Source: Paraphysomonas bandaiensis (lineage: Eukaryota > Protista > Chrysophyceae). Taken from it: a DNA stretch of 64,000 nt. Under the pieces are notes generated by a model that did not search any database, was not told the DNA's origin, and saw only the letters and a program-made list of their open reading frames with translations. This document shows positions 39,916 to 51,232 of this stretch, piece by piece (position 1 is the stretch's first letter; every line of letters starts with the position of its first letter). The stretch lies in contig CBFFRP010000066.1 of assembly GCA_965644295.1 (NCBI GenBank), forward strand, positions 434,001 through 498,000. Reading direction: 5' to 3'. Both the position numbers and the translations under genes were made by a program.

Positions 39916-40725
39916 CTATAAAAGTCGTGCAGCACCACCCATATAGGGCTGGCAGCATAAAACATACGTATTCTTCCCAGCAGGCAATCCTATTGTAAAA
40001 TCTACTACCCTGTCATTGACAGCAAAGCTCAATACACGTTTCTCTGATACAGTCACGTGGATAATATCACCCACACTATATCCACTTTCAAAGCCTTCTA
40101 CAACCCTTTGAGTTCTGTTATGCAGCATATATCCACTGGAGTGAAGCACCCAGCTATCTGGCCTATTGCCAAGACTCTTATAAGGTCCCTTCGCATTGGC
40201 GTTTGCTACACCGACAGCGAAGCCACCAACCCCAAGCTCAACAACTTCAACAGCCCAGGTCTGTACACCTGCAGATTTTCCAGTTGATTTTAAGAGCACG
40301 GCACCGTATCCTGCACAACCAGTCGTAACCACCAAACGGCGCGATTTCGAAAGCTCTAAATGCTGGTGCATTTTAGCTTGGTTCCATATGTTGGCCGACT
40401 CCACCACACTGGAAGAGTCATCAAGCAAATCTTTAGCCCATCTAGAACTTGATACGCTTTTCTTGTTACTTAACAACTGCGCATGTGATAGTTTTACTTC
40501 TGATACTTCACGATTTGGAGACTCAGACACTCCATCAGCACGCTCTCCTCGAAGTCGTTTAGAGAAACGTTCACCATTTTTAATTTCTTTCATCATTCGC
40601 CTTTTGGATGAGCGCTGTTTGGGTGCATGTGTCGTCTCTGCTGTCTGTGTGGGGATTCCCAGTGCTTGCAACACTGCTTCGTTTCGTTTTATATTACTCT
40701 GTCGGATGCACTCGTATGCTGACAT
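39916..40725 (-). CDS. SPRY/B30.2-like domain protein with an N-terminal helical motif and basic patch, intronless
   Basis: C-terminal GVQTWAVEVV..GFAVGVA..LGNRPDSWVLHSSG..GYSVGDIIHV..LSFAVN is SPRY-like. N-terminus is MSAYECIRQSNIKRNEAVLQALGI, followed by RFSKRLRG. Confidence 0.7.
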   Translation of the reverse strand: MSAYECIRQSNIKRNEAVLQALGIPTQTAETTHAPKQRSSKRRMMKEIKNGERFSKRLRGERADGVSESPNREVSEVKLSHAQLLSNKKSVSSSRWAKDLLDDSSSVVESANIWNQAKMHQHLELSKSRRLVVTTGCAGYGAVLLKSTGKSAGVQTWAVEVVELGVGGFAVGVANANAKGPYKSLGNRPDSWVLHSSGYMLHNRTQRVVEGFESGYSVGDIIHVTVSEKRVLSFAVNDRVVDFTIGLPAGKNTYVLCCQPYMGGAARLL

Positions 40726-42757
40726 TGCTGAAATATCAATAGAAAGATAGATGACTTTGTCTTGCTTGCATGTGGATAAGCTGAGTCAGGTGAGTGTGTA
40801 GTTGACGGTGATGTGATGCAAAGCAGATGAGCACATGACCTCATAACATACACACATACATACACATACATATACACTACTGCTCTGTTACTAACCTTCA
40901 TTCCACCAATACAATTCACCGTATAGTATTTTATATGATTTGATTGGATGATACTTAACCCTGCTGCTGGTGCATCTGACTAGTATCCAATAGATTTCAT
41001 GTAACTTATTTTTAGGTATTTTGATTCGATAAAGTGGTAGCGGTCTCTCCCTCTATATACATACATAGCATAGACACTGTACACAGCATATATCGGCAGC
41101 CAGTATCTTATTTTTCGGAAATAAATTGAAACATAAATCCTCTATATTACTGCAATACAACTACGGATGAAATACGGATAATTGTTGACTCAATATTAGA
41201 TGCATATTTCAACAAAAATATACAAAGGATGCCGATACCCCAGCAAGATGCATATACTCAGCCAGCAGTGCACATAGCAGTCCATATATGTTGAGATACA
41301 TGCATAGATATGGACACAGTAGTTTCATCTGATGGAAATCACTCCCTCACCATCACCATCACCATCACCTGTACGATGTATATATACTCATCAGTGTTAC
41401 AGCTGCAACTGGGCGGTGAGTAACATGCATGTCTGCCTGCTATCACTGTACTTGACTCACAGTGAGGAGTGTGCGTGTGGTGTGTACACTCATTAATGAA
41501 CAAGATACTCTAGAAATTGTACAGAGTTGATGAGCACGGATCAGTTACCGGTGAGGAAGATACGGCGACAGGGATGCACTCTCGCTGACCGATTTTGTGT
41601 TCTCGTTTTTCTGATGCGCCGGAGTTTGACATCTATAAGGGACCACACTCTCTGAGTGAATGGAACTGACCATGTTGTGGTAGTTGCTGGGTGGAGCGTT
41701 GACAGAGAGACCTCTTTTTTGATTGGAAGAAATAGGTACGACACGCAGGTTTCGCTTATTCATTAACCACGATGGCAATTGTTTAGATAATTCTACCCTG
41801 TTTTCACGTTTTGTTCGCAGAGGGAGAATGTGCCGGTGGAGGGTGTTTTCGTTTAATAGGAGGAGGAAATTTTACTGGGTATTGAGCAATGGGGCCTATT
41901 ATAGGACCTAGTTAATTTGGTTCAATTTCCTAGTCACACCAAAATTGCTGTAAAAACCATTAAATTGCTCATTTCTTAGATTGACTAGATTGACTAGGTG
42001 TTTATAGTACTATAATAAATAAAATTTTCACTCAAACATGGGAGCATACTCTAGCCATCCATTTATGAGTATACATGCGATGCATTACATTTTATCTTCG
42101 CATTCCAATGGCAATGGCCGTGCTCATGGGGTGTACGTGCTCGGGGATCGAATCATTACACCCGTCTAACCGTCAACTGTTAGCTGTGAAATTGGCTACT
42201 GGGTATGACGCAGTAACGCAAGTGTTTGTAAGGCTAATTAATGAAAGGTGTCATTGAGTTTTATCGTGTGTTTTTTGATACCATTGCAGTGTATAGCAAT
42301 ACACAATACATAGAGATATAGAGCAATACCATAGAGAATTAAGAGATTAACAGTAGTAATGAGGTGGTAAAGTGCAAAGCCGCCATCGGAAGTTGATGTC
42401 TTTAAAGCTCAACGCTATATCAAAATACACGCTTTCATACTTGGTGCAGCATATTAAAAACACATAATATACAATACGATATCGCTCATTAATCTTAGTA
42501 ACATAGCAACCAGTTTAACTGCGCAAAGTATCAGTCATTTATCTGGACAGACAATAAACTTCTCCGTGCCGATCTAAGAACGATCGGAGGAATATATAAA
42601 AATAATAACATAACAGTAGTAATCAACACGAATCAATTATATTGAAATTCGTCAATGCATATGAGTGACAGAACTGGAACCCACTGTCTAAATTCCGAAA
42701 TCCATTTCACCTGCAGATGCTTTAAAAACACTGATACATTGTAAGAGAGCCCAATAT

Positions 42758-45550
42758 TTATCTTTCCGCATGTGACTCAACAATGAGCCCATTATAGCGC
42801 ATTAAGTAGTACGGTAACCTCCAAATAGATGGTTCCATTTCACCCATTCCGCTTCCCCCCGCCATCACAAAGGGGTCAGAATTCCAGTGACTAGCTTGTC
42901 GTTCCATCGGTGGCACTATCTGACGCATTAGAGGGTTCGTCGAATCTCTTGCATAAAATGGAGACTCCGTTACATCCCATCTGTTGGAGTTATCGATATC
43001 CCACTCAATCAGGTCAATGGCCCATCTACGAAGCGTCCATGTTGCATCTGAAACAGCAGATCGACTCACAACCTGTCCTCCAGTACCGGCATATATCCCT
43101 AGCCAGAGGGGAGATTTCTCGCCCTGCACGATGCTCCATGATCGTCGCAAAGACGGTAGCACAGCATCCACCATTTCTTGTACATCTTGACGGAGGGAGC
43201 GATCGGCCGAAGGGGTATTCAGGCGTTGTAGAGAGTACAGCAGAGTATGATACCCAAGAAATATGAGCTCATTGTCGGAATGGTTATCCTCCTCTAAATG
43301 GTTGAATCATTACTACATGAAACCATATAGCTAATAGTGCGCAACAATTACAAGGCACCGCCTCACACACCTGGGTTATCAATCTTCGCATTGTAAGCAT
43401 TGTATAGGTATCCATAGTTCTCAGCAAGGTCCCAGAATGTCTTCTTATACTTTTCATCAGACGTAATGCTATACGCTGAAGCTAGAAATCCTAGTATCTC
43501 CACAGAATTGCTACCTCTCTCGGAGTAGTGCTCCGGATCATCGTTCACTATTACACTGGTTAGAAAGTATACTTATAAACTCTACAAAGAAAGACACAAG
43601 ACAAGGGCAGTCCTGTACGGCAATATTTCATTACAGAATATGTACCTAGCTCAGGATTCCAGAAACCCCATGTTGTCGGCTTCTGGGAGAGAGGGTCAAT
43701 GAGGTAGAGATCGTTTTCAACTATGCCCCCAGTAATCCCTTCAATCAAATTATATGCGCGCTTCTTCTCTTCGTCGTTCCGTGCAATATAGTCATACACC
43801 AGCGGGTAGAAGGCCAGGTGACCATCAATCTCATCGCTTGAGGTGTCGTCCTTCCATAAGTACTCCTCCCATCCATCCACAGTAGAGTAATGCCACCTGC
43901 ACAACATACCCTTAACTATACATACACTGCACGGCAATATGTCATCGAAAGAAACACTTTCCACATAGCCAACCACTACTATACACATATACCAGCGCAT
44001 ATACAACAGTCAAAACCTGTCTTCGCCAGAAGCCGTGCCGCATCCCTCATCCTGATCAGCAGGGACACAATAGCTCCTTGCTGGGTAGGTAGGATATGCT
44101 CCAGGTAAGATTGACAACAACTCTACCGCTTCAAATGCACGCCACGCGGCATCCCGTGCCTCCTCCTCGCCTGCACAGGCATGAGCAATATATATAGTGT
44201 TTACAACAGCGGTTCCGTACCAGTGGACATGAATCGATAAGCTTCACCCATTCCATGCATTGATGTCCACAATCCATCATTATCCTTCACCTTTTTATAG
44301 TAGCTTGAGACATCCCCGTACGAGTGAAGACCACAGTCAGCCGTCAGTCCACGTCTATCGTGTCGGGGATACTGGAACTGTGCCATTGATTTAGATTTCT
44401 CAGAAAGAGTCCAGAGGGTAGACTCGAGGGTGGCCAAGCCGGTTTCGCACCTCACCAGTACAATACTCTCGGAGGTGTCTGCATATTTCCCCCCAGCAAT
44501 TACTTGCATCACAGTGTTATCAGGAAGATACCGATGCCCACCAAAGAACGCCCACGTCCAGGGGTCAGAGTCCGAATCGGATTTATCAAGTGATCCTTTG
44601 TACTGCTGAGTTGCATCCGCATCTCCTGGTACACGAGCAAGCCCAATATTAGTGCCAATCCACACGAAACCTCCAGCCGAAGCAACGGATGTTATTCCAG
44701 CACTTGGAGAGCCTTGTCGCTGCCCATACCTCCACCACCCGCCGTCAGAAGATAGTTTATGAACACTGTTATTCTCAGCTACCCACAGGGCATTGTGGAC
44801 AACATCGTAGGACATATCAATTGGAGTGGAGTCCAGTAACCCACCAATCCATTCGTGCATGAACTTCACAAGTTTTCCGTCAACGTAATGCATGCCCAAA
44901 AAGCGAGTGGACGATCCGAGGAACAGACGACCCCAGGCTTGTACCCAGAGCATGGACGCATACTCCTCAGAGGCATCCCCAGTGTCAATATGAGTCACAA
45001 CACCCGTATCTATCGCAATTTCAGATAAACCCATTGAAGATGTGTATAAATATATATGAGTAGAGGACGATGCAGTGGCTGTCACGTCTCCCCAAGACAC
45101 TGAGCTCGTCAATATGTTCCTCGAACTCTTCACATACTGACAGCTGGATGCATTATCAAACACCAGTCCGACAACATTATCATCTGTCACTGCAAAGAAA
45201 TCATAATTCTTATTTGATGAAGGAATCAAATGACTTGCAGTAGATGACAGGAGGAGCAGCAGGCTCCAGTCTGTATAGATGCTTTCAAGTGATATTTTAT
45301 TATAGAGAGCCTTACGAGACGATGCATACACCTCTGAGCCTTGAAGGGATAAGAAACAGTCCCTGTGAGTGATGTGAGTGAGAGAGGAGAGGTTGGATGA
45401 TAGAGGTATTGGGGTAAACGGGATGTCTGGAGGGGGGGGTGAGAAGAGCGTCTTATGAGAGATAGATTGATGAAAGGGAGTGTCTGGGGTGATTGAGAGA
45501 GAGGGGGGAAGGAGGAGAGAGAGGAGAGAGAGAAGGGAGAGGGATTGCAT
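42758..45550 (-). CDS. Secreted uncharacterised protein: signal peptide, beta-propeller-like region, C-terminal helical domain resembling an (alpha/alpha)6 glycosidase-like fold; ~5 exons
   Basis: Signal peptide MQSLSLLSLLSLLLPPSLS; propeller-like blades (LWVAENN, VWIGTNIGLA, RYLPDNTV); acidic motifs DNDGLWTS, YPARS, WKDDTSSDEIDGH, TTWGFWNPE, ERGSNSVEIL, HWNSDPF and WRLPYYLMRY. GT-AG introns join the ORFs (e.g. 44220-44171). Confidence 0.75.
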
Positions 45551-45637
45551 TGTTAGGTATAATTATAATTGTAATGTATAATAATGTGAGATGATACTCC
45601 ACCCATATATGCATATATAGACACGAGTATCATAGTC

Positions 45638-46030
45638 TATGTATGTATGTATGTATGTATGTATGTATGTATGTATGTATGTATGTATGTATGTATGTAT
45701 GTATGTATGTATGTATGTATGTATGTATGTATGTATGTATGTATGTATGTATGTATGTATGTATGTATGTATGTATGTATGTATGTATGTATGTATGTAT
45801 GTATGTATGTATTATGTATGTATGTATGTATGTATGTATGTATGTATGTATGTATGTATGTATGTATGTATGTATGTATGTATGTATGTATGTATGTATG
45901 TATGTATGTATGTATGTATGTATGTATGTATGTATGTATGTATGTATGTATGTATGTATGTATGTATGTATGTATGTATGTATGTATGTATGTATGTATG
46001 TATGTATGTATGTATGTATGTATGTATGTA
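45638..46030. repeat. (TATG)n microsatellite, ~390 bp, with one interruption near 45811
   Basis: Directly visible. Confidence 0.99.
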
Positions 46031-46143
46031 CAGTTCTCTGTATAAGAAATTCAAAGTAATGTTCCAACACTTCACTTCATAACGAAGTTGTGTGATGAAG
46101 GAATCAACTTCATCATTCTATCCAATCACAATCCATTGTTTCT

Positions 46144-49072
46144 ATGGAGGGAATCACGGGTGATATGCACACTATTGTGGACAGTAATCGACCCACTTAT
46201 GAGGAACTCTTACAGACACTAGCCGAGAAGGAGGCATCGATACTGAGAAGGAGGCATCGATAGCCGAGAAGGAGACATCGATAGCCGAGAAGGAGACATC
46301 GATAGCCGAGAAGGAGGCATCGATAGCCGAGAAGGAGGCATCGATAGCCGAGAAGGAGGCATCGATACTGAGAAGGAGGCATCGATACTGAGAAGGAGGC
46401 ATCGATAGCCGAGAAGGAGGCATCGATAGCCGAGAAGGAGACATCGATAGCCGAGAAGGAGGCATCGATACTGAGAAGGAGACATCGATAGCCGAGAAGG
46501 AGACATCGATAGCCGAGAAGGAGGCATCGATAGCCGAGAAGGAGGCATCGATAGCCGAGAAGGAGACATCGATAGCCGAGAAGGAGGCATCGATAGCCGA
46601 GAAGGAGACATCGATAGCCGAGAAGGAGGCATCGATAGCCGAGAAGGAGGCATCGATACTGAGAAGGAGACATCGATAGCCGAGAAGGAGACATCGATAG
46701 CCGAGAAGGAGGCATCGATAGCCGAGAAGGAGGCATCGATAGCCGAGAAGGAGACATCGATAGCCGAGAAGGAGGCATCGATACTGAGAAGGAGACATCG
46801 ATAGCCGAGAAGGAGACATCGATAGCCGAGAAGGAGGCATCGATAGCCGAGAAGGAGGCATCGATAGCCGAGAAGGAGACATCGATAGCCGAGAAGGAGG
46901 CATCGATAGCCGAGAAGGAGACATCGATAGCCGAGAAGGAGGCATCGATACTGAGAAGGAGGCATCGATAGCCGAGAAGGAGACATCGATAGCCGAGAAG
47001 GAGACATCGATAGCCGAGAAGGAGGCATCGATACTGAGAAGGAGGCATCGATACTGAGAAGGAGACATCGATAGCCGAGAAGGAGGCATCGATACTGAGA
47101 AGGAGGCATCGATAGCTGAGAAGGAGACATCGATAGCCGAGAAGGAGACATCGATAGCCGAGAAGGAGGCATCGATACTGAGAAGGAGACATCGATAGCC
47201 GAGAAGGAGGCATCGATAGCCGAGAAGGAGACATCGATAGCCGAGAAGGAGGCATCGATAGCCGAGAAGGAGACATCGATAGCCGAGAAGGAGGCATCGA
47301 TACTGAGAAGGAGACATCGATACTGAGAAGGAGGCATCGATACTGAGAAGGAGGCATCGATACTGAGAAGGAGACATCGATAGCCGAGAAGGAGGCATCG
47401 ATACTGAGAAGGAGGCATCGATACTGAGAAGGAGGCATCGATAGCTGAGAAGGAGGCATCGACAGCCGAGAAGGAGGCATCGATAGCTGAGAAGGAGGCA
47501 TCGACAGCCGAGAAGGAGGCATCGACAGCCGAGAAGGAGGCAGCGATAGTCTTAAAATTAATCGATCGAGATTTCAATTAGGGATCGGGTTACTGTTATC
47601 TAGAGGCTTACCTCCTTTAGGCTCTCACTATGGCTCCAGCCACCCATTATCAGACTGTAGCACATGCCCTCTATATGGAGCAGATGTACAGGCTAGAGAT
47701 GGAGATTTCTCTGTCTTATACGATCATATTATGGAGAAACTACCTCACAATCTCTCATCACAAATATGGAAACGCTCAACAGATGGCAGATTAGGCATCT
47801 GGAATAACGAAACACACCTTCAGAGTTATGTTTCTGATGTGCTGATTGATGTCTTTGAATTAGCTGGATTGAATGGTGAGATACGCGTGTGTTTAGAGGC
47901 TCAATTGAGTGTGTCTTAAAGCTGCGGCGGAAGCTTTTCCGCAAAACTGATCATAGACAGGGTGATATGTTAGTGTTACGTAAACATGGTTTGATTATTG
48001 GGTTTTGTTATGTAAAGAGGCCCTGTACTCATACATCTACAGGGCATAGTGATCTCGATAATGATATGCTGAGAAGACAGATTAGTAACTATATGCAGTA
48101 TCTTAAACACTCATATGGTTTGAAAGCTGTATTTGGAATTGTAACGACTTATAATAAGTGGAAATTGTGTTGGTCAGCAGAAGCTACTGATAGCTGAGTC
48201 ATCTGCGCCAACGTCTGATTTGTATGTCCCATCTGATGGAAATGTCACGGAACCTTTGTTTGAAACTTGTACTTTTGGTAGAGAGGATCCACATCTAATC
48301 GAGGCGCTTGTGTCACTTATCCGAAAGATGTCGAAGTGTCCCATTGTTCCGCCTACAAAGCTGATTCGAGAGCATGTCAATGATGAACCTCACAATCAAC
48401 GTAAGTTTGGACTCGTTGATGTGGATTCTTTTAAATGGAGCTTGTTGCCTCTCCAGCTGACGAAGTTTTCTTTTGTGGCAAGTGATATGAAAACGCAACT
48501 GTTCTACTTGATGGAGGACTTCCACGGTGGTTCAGATGGGAGGGTGTGGCTATATGCAACACAAAGTGGAAAAATTGGTGTGATGAAGTTGTCCGCACGT
48601 TCAGATTTCACACGCGAAACGGAAGGTTCCATTTGTGCGCTCCATTGCAATTCGCTGCTGATGCCGTATGCGTTCCATAGCGGATTTGTGCAGGGGAATA
48701 TTAAATTTCGCCCTTTCGGTTTCTGGAATAGAGACGAGTTCACTTATGCTGTATAACAACTCGGAAGTGGATGCTGAATTCGACCTGGATTGCATCAGGT
48801 ATTATAGTGAGAATTTTTGGCAGGCCGCGGAGGAAGCTTTGCAGAAAATGGTTGAAGCTGGATATGTGCACAGAGACGTGTGTTGGCGACATGTAGCGTT
48901 GTTACCCGTGCCGCCGAAAGTATCGACCAGAAACAAATGGACGGTAACTCCAATTTTGATTGATTGCAGCAGTGTAGTTAAATCTAGTGAAGAGGAGCTC
49001 AGTTCTTTTGTGCATACTGCTTTGAATTTGTTAGCAACAGAATTGGAGGTGCTCAAACAGAACACGTATTGA
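46144..49072 (+). pseudogene. Disrupted coiled-coil + restriction-endonuclease-like + protein-kinase-like gene (Crinkler/CR effector-type architecture)
   Basis: ATG 46144 reads MEGITGDMHTIVDSNRPTYEELLQTL in frame into AEKEASI heptads. Downstream fragments: QGDMLVLR..IIGFCYVKRP..QISNYM..FGIVTTYNKWKLCW (PD-(D/E)xK-like), HGGSDGRVW..GVMKL, LLMPY, GYVHRDVCWRHV and ILIDCS (kinase-like). Frameshifts in the array and near 47560, 47915, 48188 and 48750. Confidence 0.7.
46222..47548 (+). repeat. Minisatellite of 64 units: 47 x 21 bp (GCYGAGAAGGAGRCATCGATA) and 17 x 20 bp (CTGAGAAGGAGRCATCGATA)
   Basis: Counted by eye; 47x21 + 17x20 = 1327 bp, equal to the span. Confidence 0.95.
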
Positions 49073-49696
49073 AGGCGAAAAAGTTCTGTATGGAAAGATG
49101 ATTTGAATTGCCACATATATATATATATATATATATATAAGAATGAACGATGGAAATGTAGTGGAGCGACGAGTGTAATAAAAATTGCTTAAACTGACCA
49201 ACCACATCCGTTTGGAAAAAATGCGAGTAATTTTGTCAATAATGTATGTTTGGCAATACTTAAGGATTTGAATTACAGTCGTTACTTGAAGAATACGGTA
49301 TATAAATATTAAAGAGAGTAGTACATGAGCATTAATGATTCACTATGACGTTGATTCATTTTTAGCTTATAACGGAAAAATAGTTACCATTTCTCTATAT
49401 GAAACTGGCAGAATATCAGAGGATAGTTCTATCAAAACGCAAGTTGGCGAACATTACTAGCCATGACTATAACCTAAACGAATATTGTTTGATGGCAGTG
49501 TAGTCCGTCTAGTAGGAGTTGACGATGATGGGAGTAGTGAGTAGTGAGTCAAGGGTGTTCTTTGCGAACTTTGATTCAGTGTAAATTCCTAGAGAAATAA
49601 TCCTTTAGGTGACAATATATTGGCTCTAGGATATTTGGTGTTGTATACAAGATTCAGGGGATACGCAAAATTGAAAGAAAAACGTTACGGTTAAAT

Positions 49697-50100
49697 GTTT
49701 TGGATAAGTGCCATATATTCCTCTTTAAGCCAGACACTTGCCATAATAGCCACCCACCATGCATGCTTAGCAGCATCACCATGCATAGCATCCATAATAC
49801 TCTCTTTTTAATGGTTCTGACTCCTGCTCATCTCTATATTCAGAGCACCATCATGCATATGCGACTCACAGAGGTATTGGGCTGCATACATCCCTAGTTC
49901 TGCATTTAACTTGAGACATTCAGTTTAGGATGCCCCATCAACATCTGAAGATAACTTCTTACGCTATTCTGAGGATGATGCAGAGAGAATTGGGTGTACA
50001 TCACGTTAATGCTACCTAAGTCTCTCTCCATTGCCCCTACTGCCTCTCCTTTATAGAACAACAAGTGCAGCCGGCTGGCTTCACATGTATTGCAGGTAGA
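49697..50100 (-). mobile_element. Heavily decayed Ty1/copia-like pol remnant
   Basis: In copia order on the minus strand, across frameshifts: CNTCEASRLH (pre-integrase CxxC), HPQNSV and YAAQYLC (integrase-like), then EP..SIMDAMHGD..W....KEEYMALIQN (start of copia RT region). Short and degenerate. Confidence 0.4.
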
Positions 50101-50341
50101 GATACTGGGTAACGTATTTTGAGTGGCGTGATGTTAATAACTGCCTAGAGTAGCCGCATGTATGCACTTCAGTGTGAAAGACTTGTTGTAATTCTGTGAC
50201 TCGTAGCTTGATCCTTGTACTTCCCACGTAAATAATTATCTTGTACTGTTTGCTTTCCTTCTTCTGTTGTTGACTCTTCTTGTTGCTGAATACTTTATCT
50301 CGCTACTACCATTTGGCTACTTTATAAACCCCAGGGTTACA

Positions 50342-50537
50342 AGAGTTTTGAGGCCTCTATCATCTTTTCTATTTCCTTCGCCTCAATAAATGCCATTCGT
50401 TTCTCACGAACTTTTGAAATGCTTTCATCTGTGCTTCACTTCATTTTTTTTAGGTTTAGTGAGAGGGTTTTGATTTTCCAGAGAGTACTTTCTTCGATGG
50501 GAGCTTCGATTTGTTCGTTATCGAGTGTATCGGACAT
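50342..50537 (-). pseudogene. Decayed gene resembling a basic/helical protein of Polinton-like viruses or virophage-like elements
   Basis: Correcting three frameshifts and one stop gives MSDTLDNEQIEAPIEEST-LENQNPLTKPKK-xSEAQMKAFQKVREKRMAFIEAKEIEKMIEASKLL. Family resemblance is from memory, not from a search. Confidence 0.4.
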
Positions 50538-50599
50538 GTCTTTTAATAGTACCAAGAAAATAATTTGGTTGGAATTTTTATGTTGATTATGATAAAAAC

Positions 50600-51115
50600 A
50601 TGCATCGTCAACCACCCGCCCCACCTAAAGAATTGAAGTATTATTTTCACCGACGATAACCCTTTTAAGTATCAGCCTGTACCTGAAGTGAACCTTTACG
50701 GTGCAAAACTTAAAGCTGACCATTTATCCAAGAAAAATATACTTTTCATTCGTGAGGCTAACTAATGCTGCTCAGGATGCCCTCTCCAAATTTGATATAA
50801 GCTTGAATAGGTATAGCGAGGATATTATGCTCTTTTTGTATGTCTGCATGAGAAACACAGGGCGAATTAAAATTACAAATGGTTAAAGCGTGTGTAAAAT
50901 CATTCTTTAATAATGATGAATTAATAATTGAGAAATGGGTCTCGCTTCTTATGCCTAAGATTCTTAATTATAAATTCTGGAATCGTAACTTTCGTAAGCT
51001 CACTAGATTTTTAAAACTGTGTTTCGATGACGCTACAAGTTTCTGTAAAATATCTTCTTCCTCTTATAATTTAAATTGTCTAACAATTTACGAGAAACTA
51101 AGACCTCTCCCTTAG
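50600..51115 (+). pseudogene. Decayed AT-rich intronless gene resembling a hypothetical protein of Polinton-like viruses
   Basis: Fragments VPEVNLYGAKLKADHLSKKNILFIREA / AAQDALSKFDISLNRYSEDIMLF / KTQGELKLQMVKACVKSFFNNDELIIEKWVSLLMPKILNYKFWNRNFRKLTRF are separated by frameshifts. It starts only 62 bp from the divergent ATG at 50537. Confidence 0.4.
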
Positions 51116-51232
51116 ATTTCATTTATAAAAAACCTAAATACACAAATTCTACGGGGAAATTGACGGTAGTCTAACGAATTCCTTGTCAGACATTAGAAAA
51201 TTTCATAGGGTGACCATATGGAATGCGGTAAG

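Noticed and set aside
41541-41911. Short ORFs in an intergenic region
   Set aside because: No motif, and no support from splice structure.
42110-42215. tRNA or SINE-like B-box word (GATTCGATCCCC on the minus strand)
   Set aside because: No cloverleaf and no convincing A-box.
45630-46082. IHTY/MYVC repeat ORFs
   Set aside because: Translation of the TATG microsatellite.
46222-47548. Phase-variable ON/OFF switch set by the number of 20-bp units modulo 3
   Set aside because: Each 20-mer creates a stop in the shifted frame, and further frameshifts lie downstream, so unit count alone cannot restore this copy.
46172-47577. Three 408-452 aa minus-strand ORFs, and a possible CRISPR-like reading of the array
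   Set aside because: The repeat unit has no stop codons on the minus strand, so the ORFs are artefacts. Units are head-to-tail with no unique spacers and no cas genes, so it is not CRISPR.
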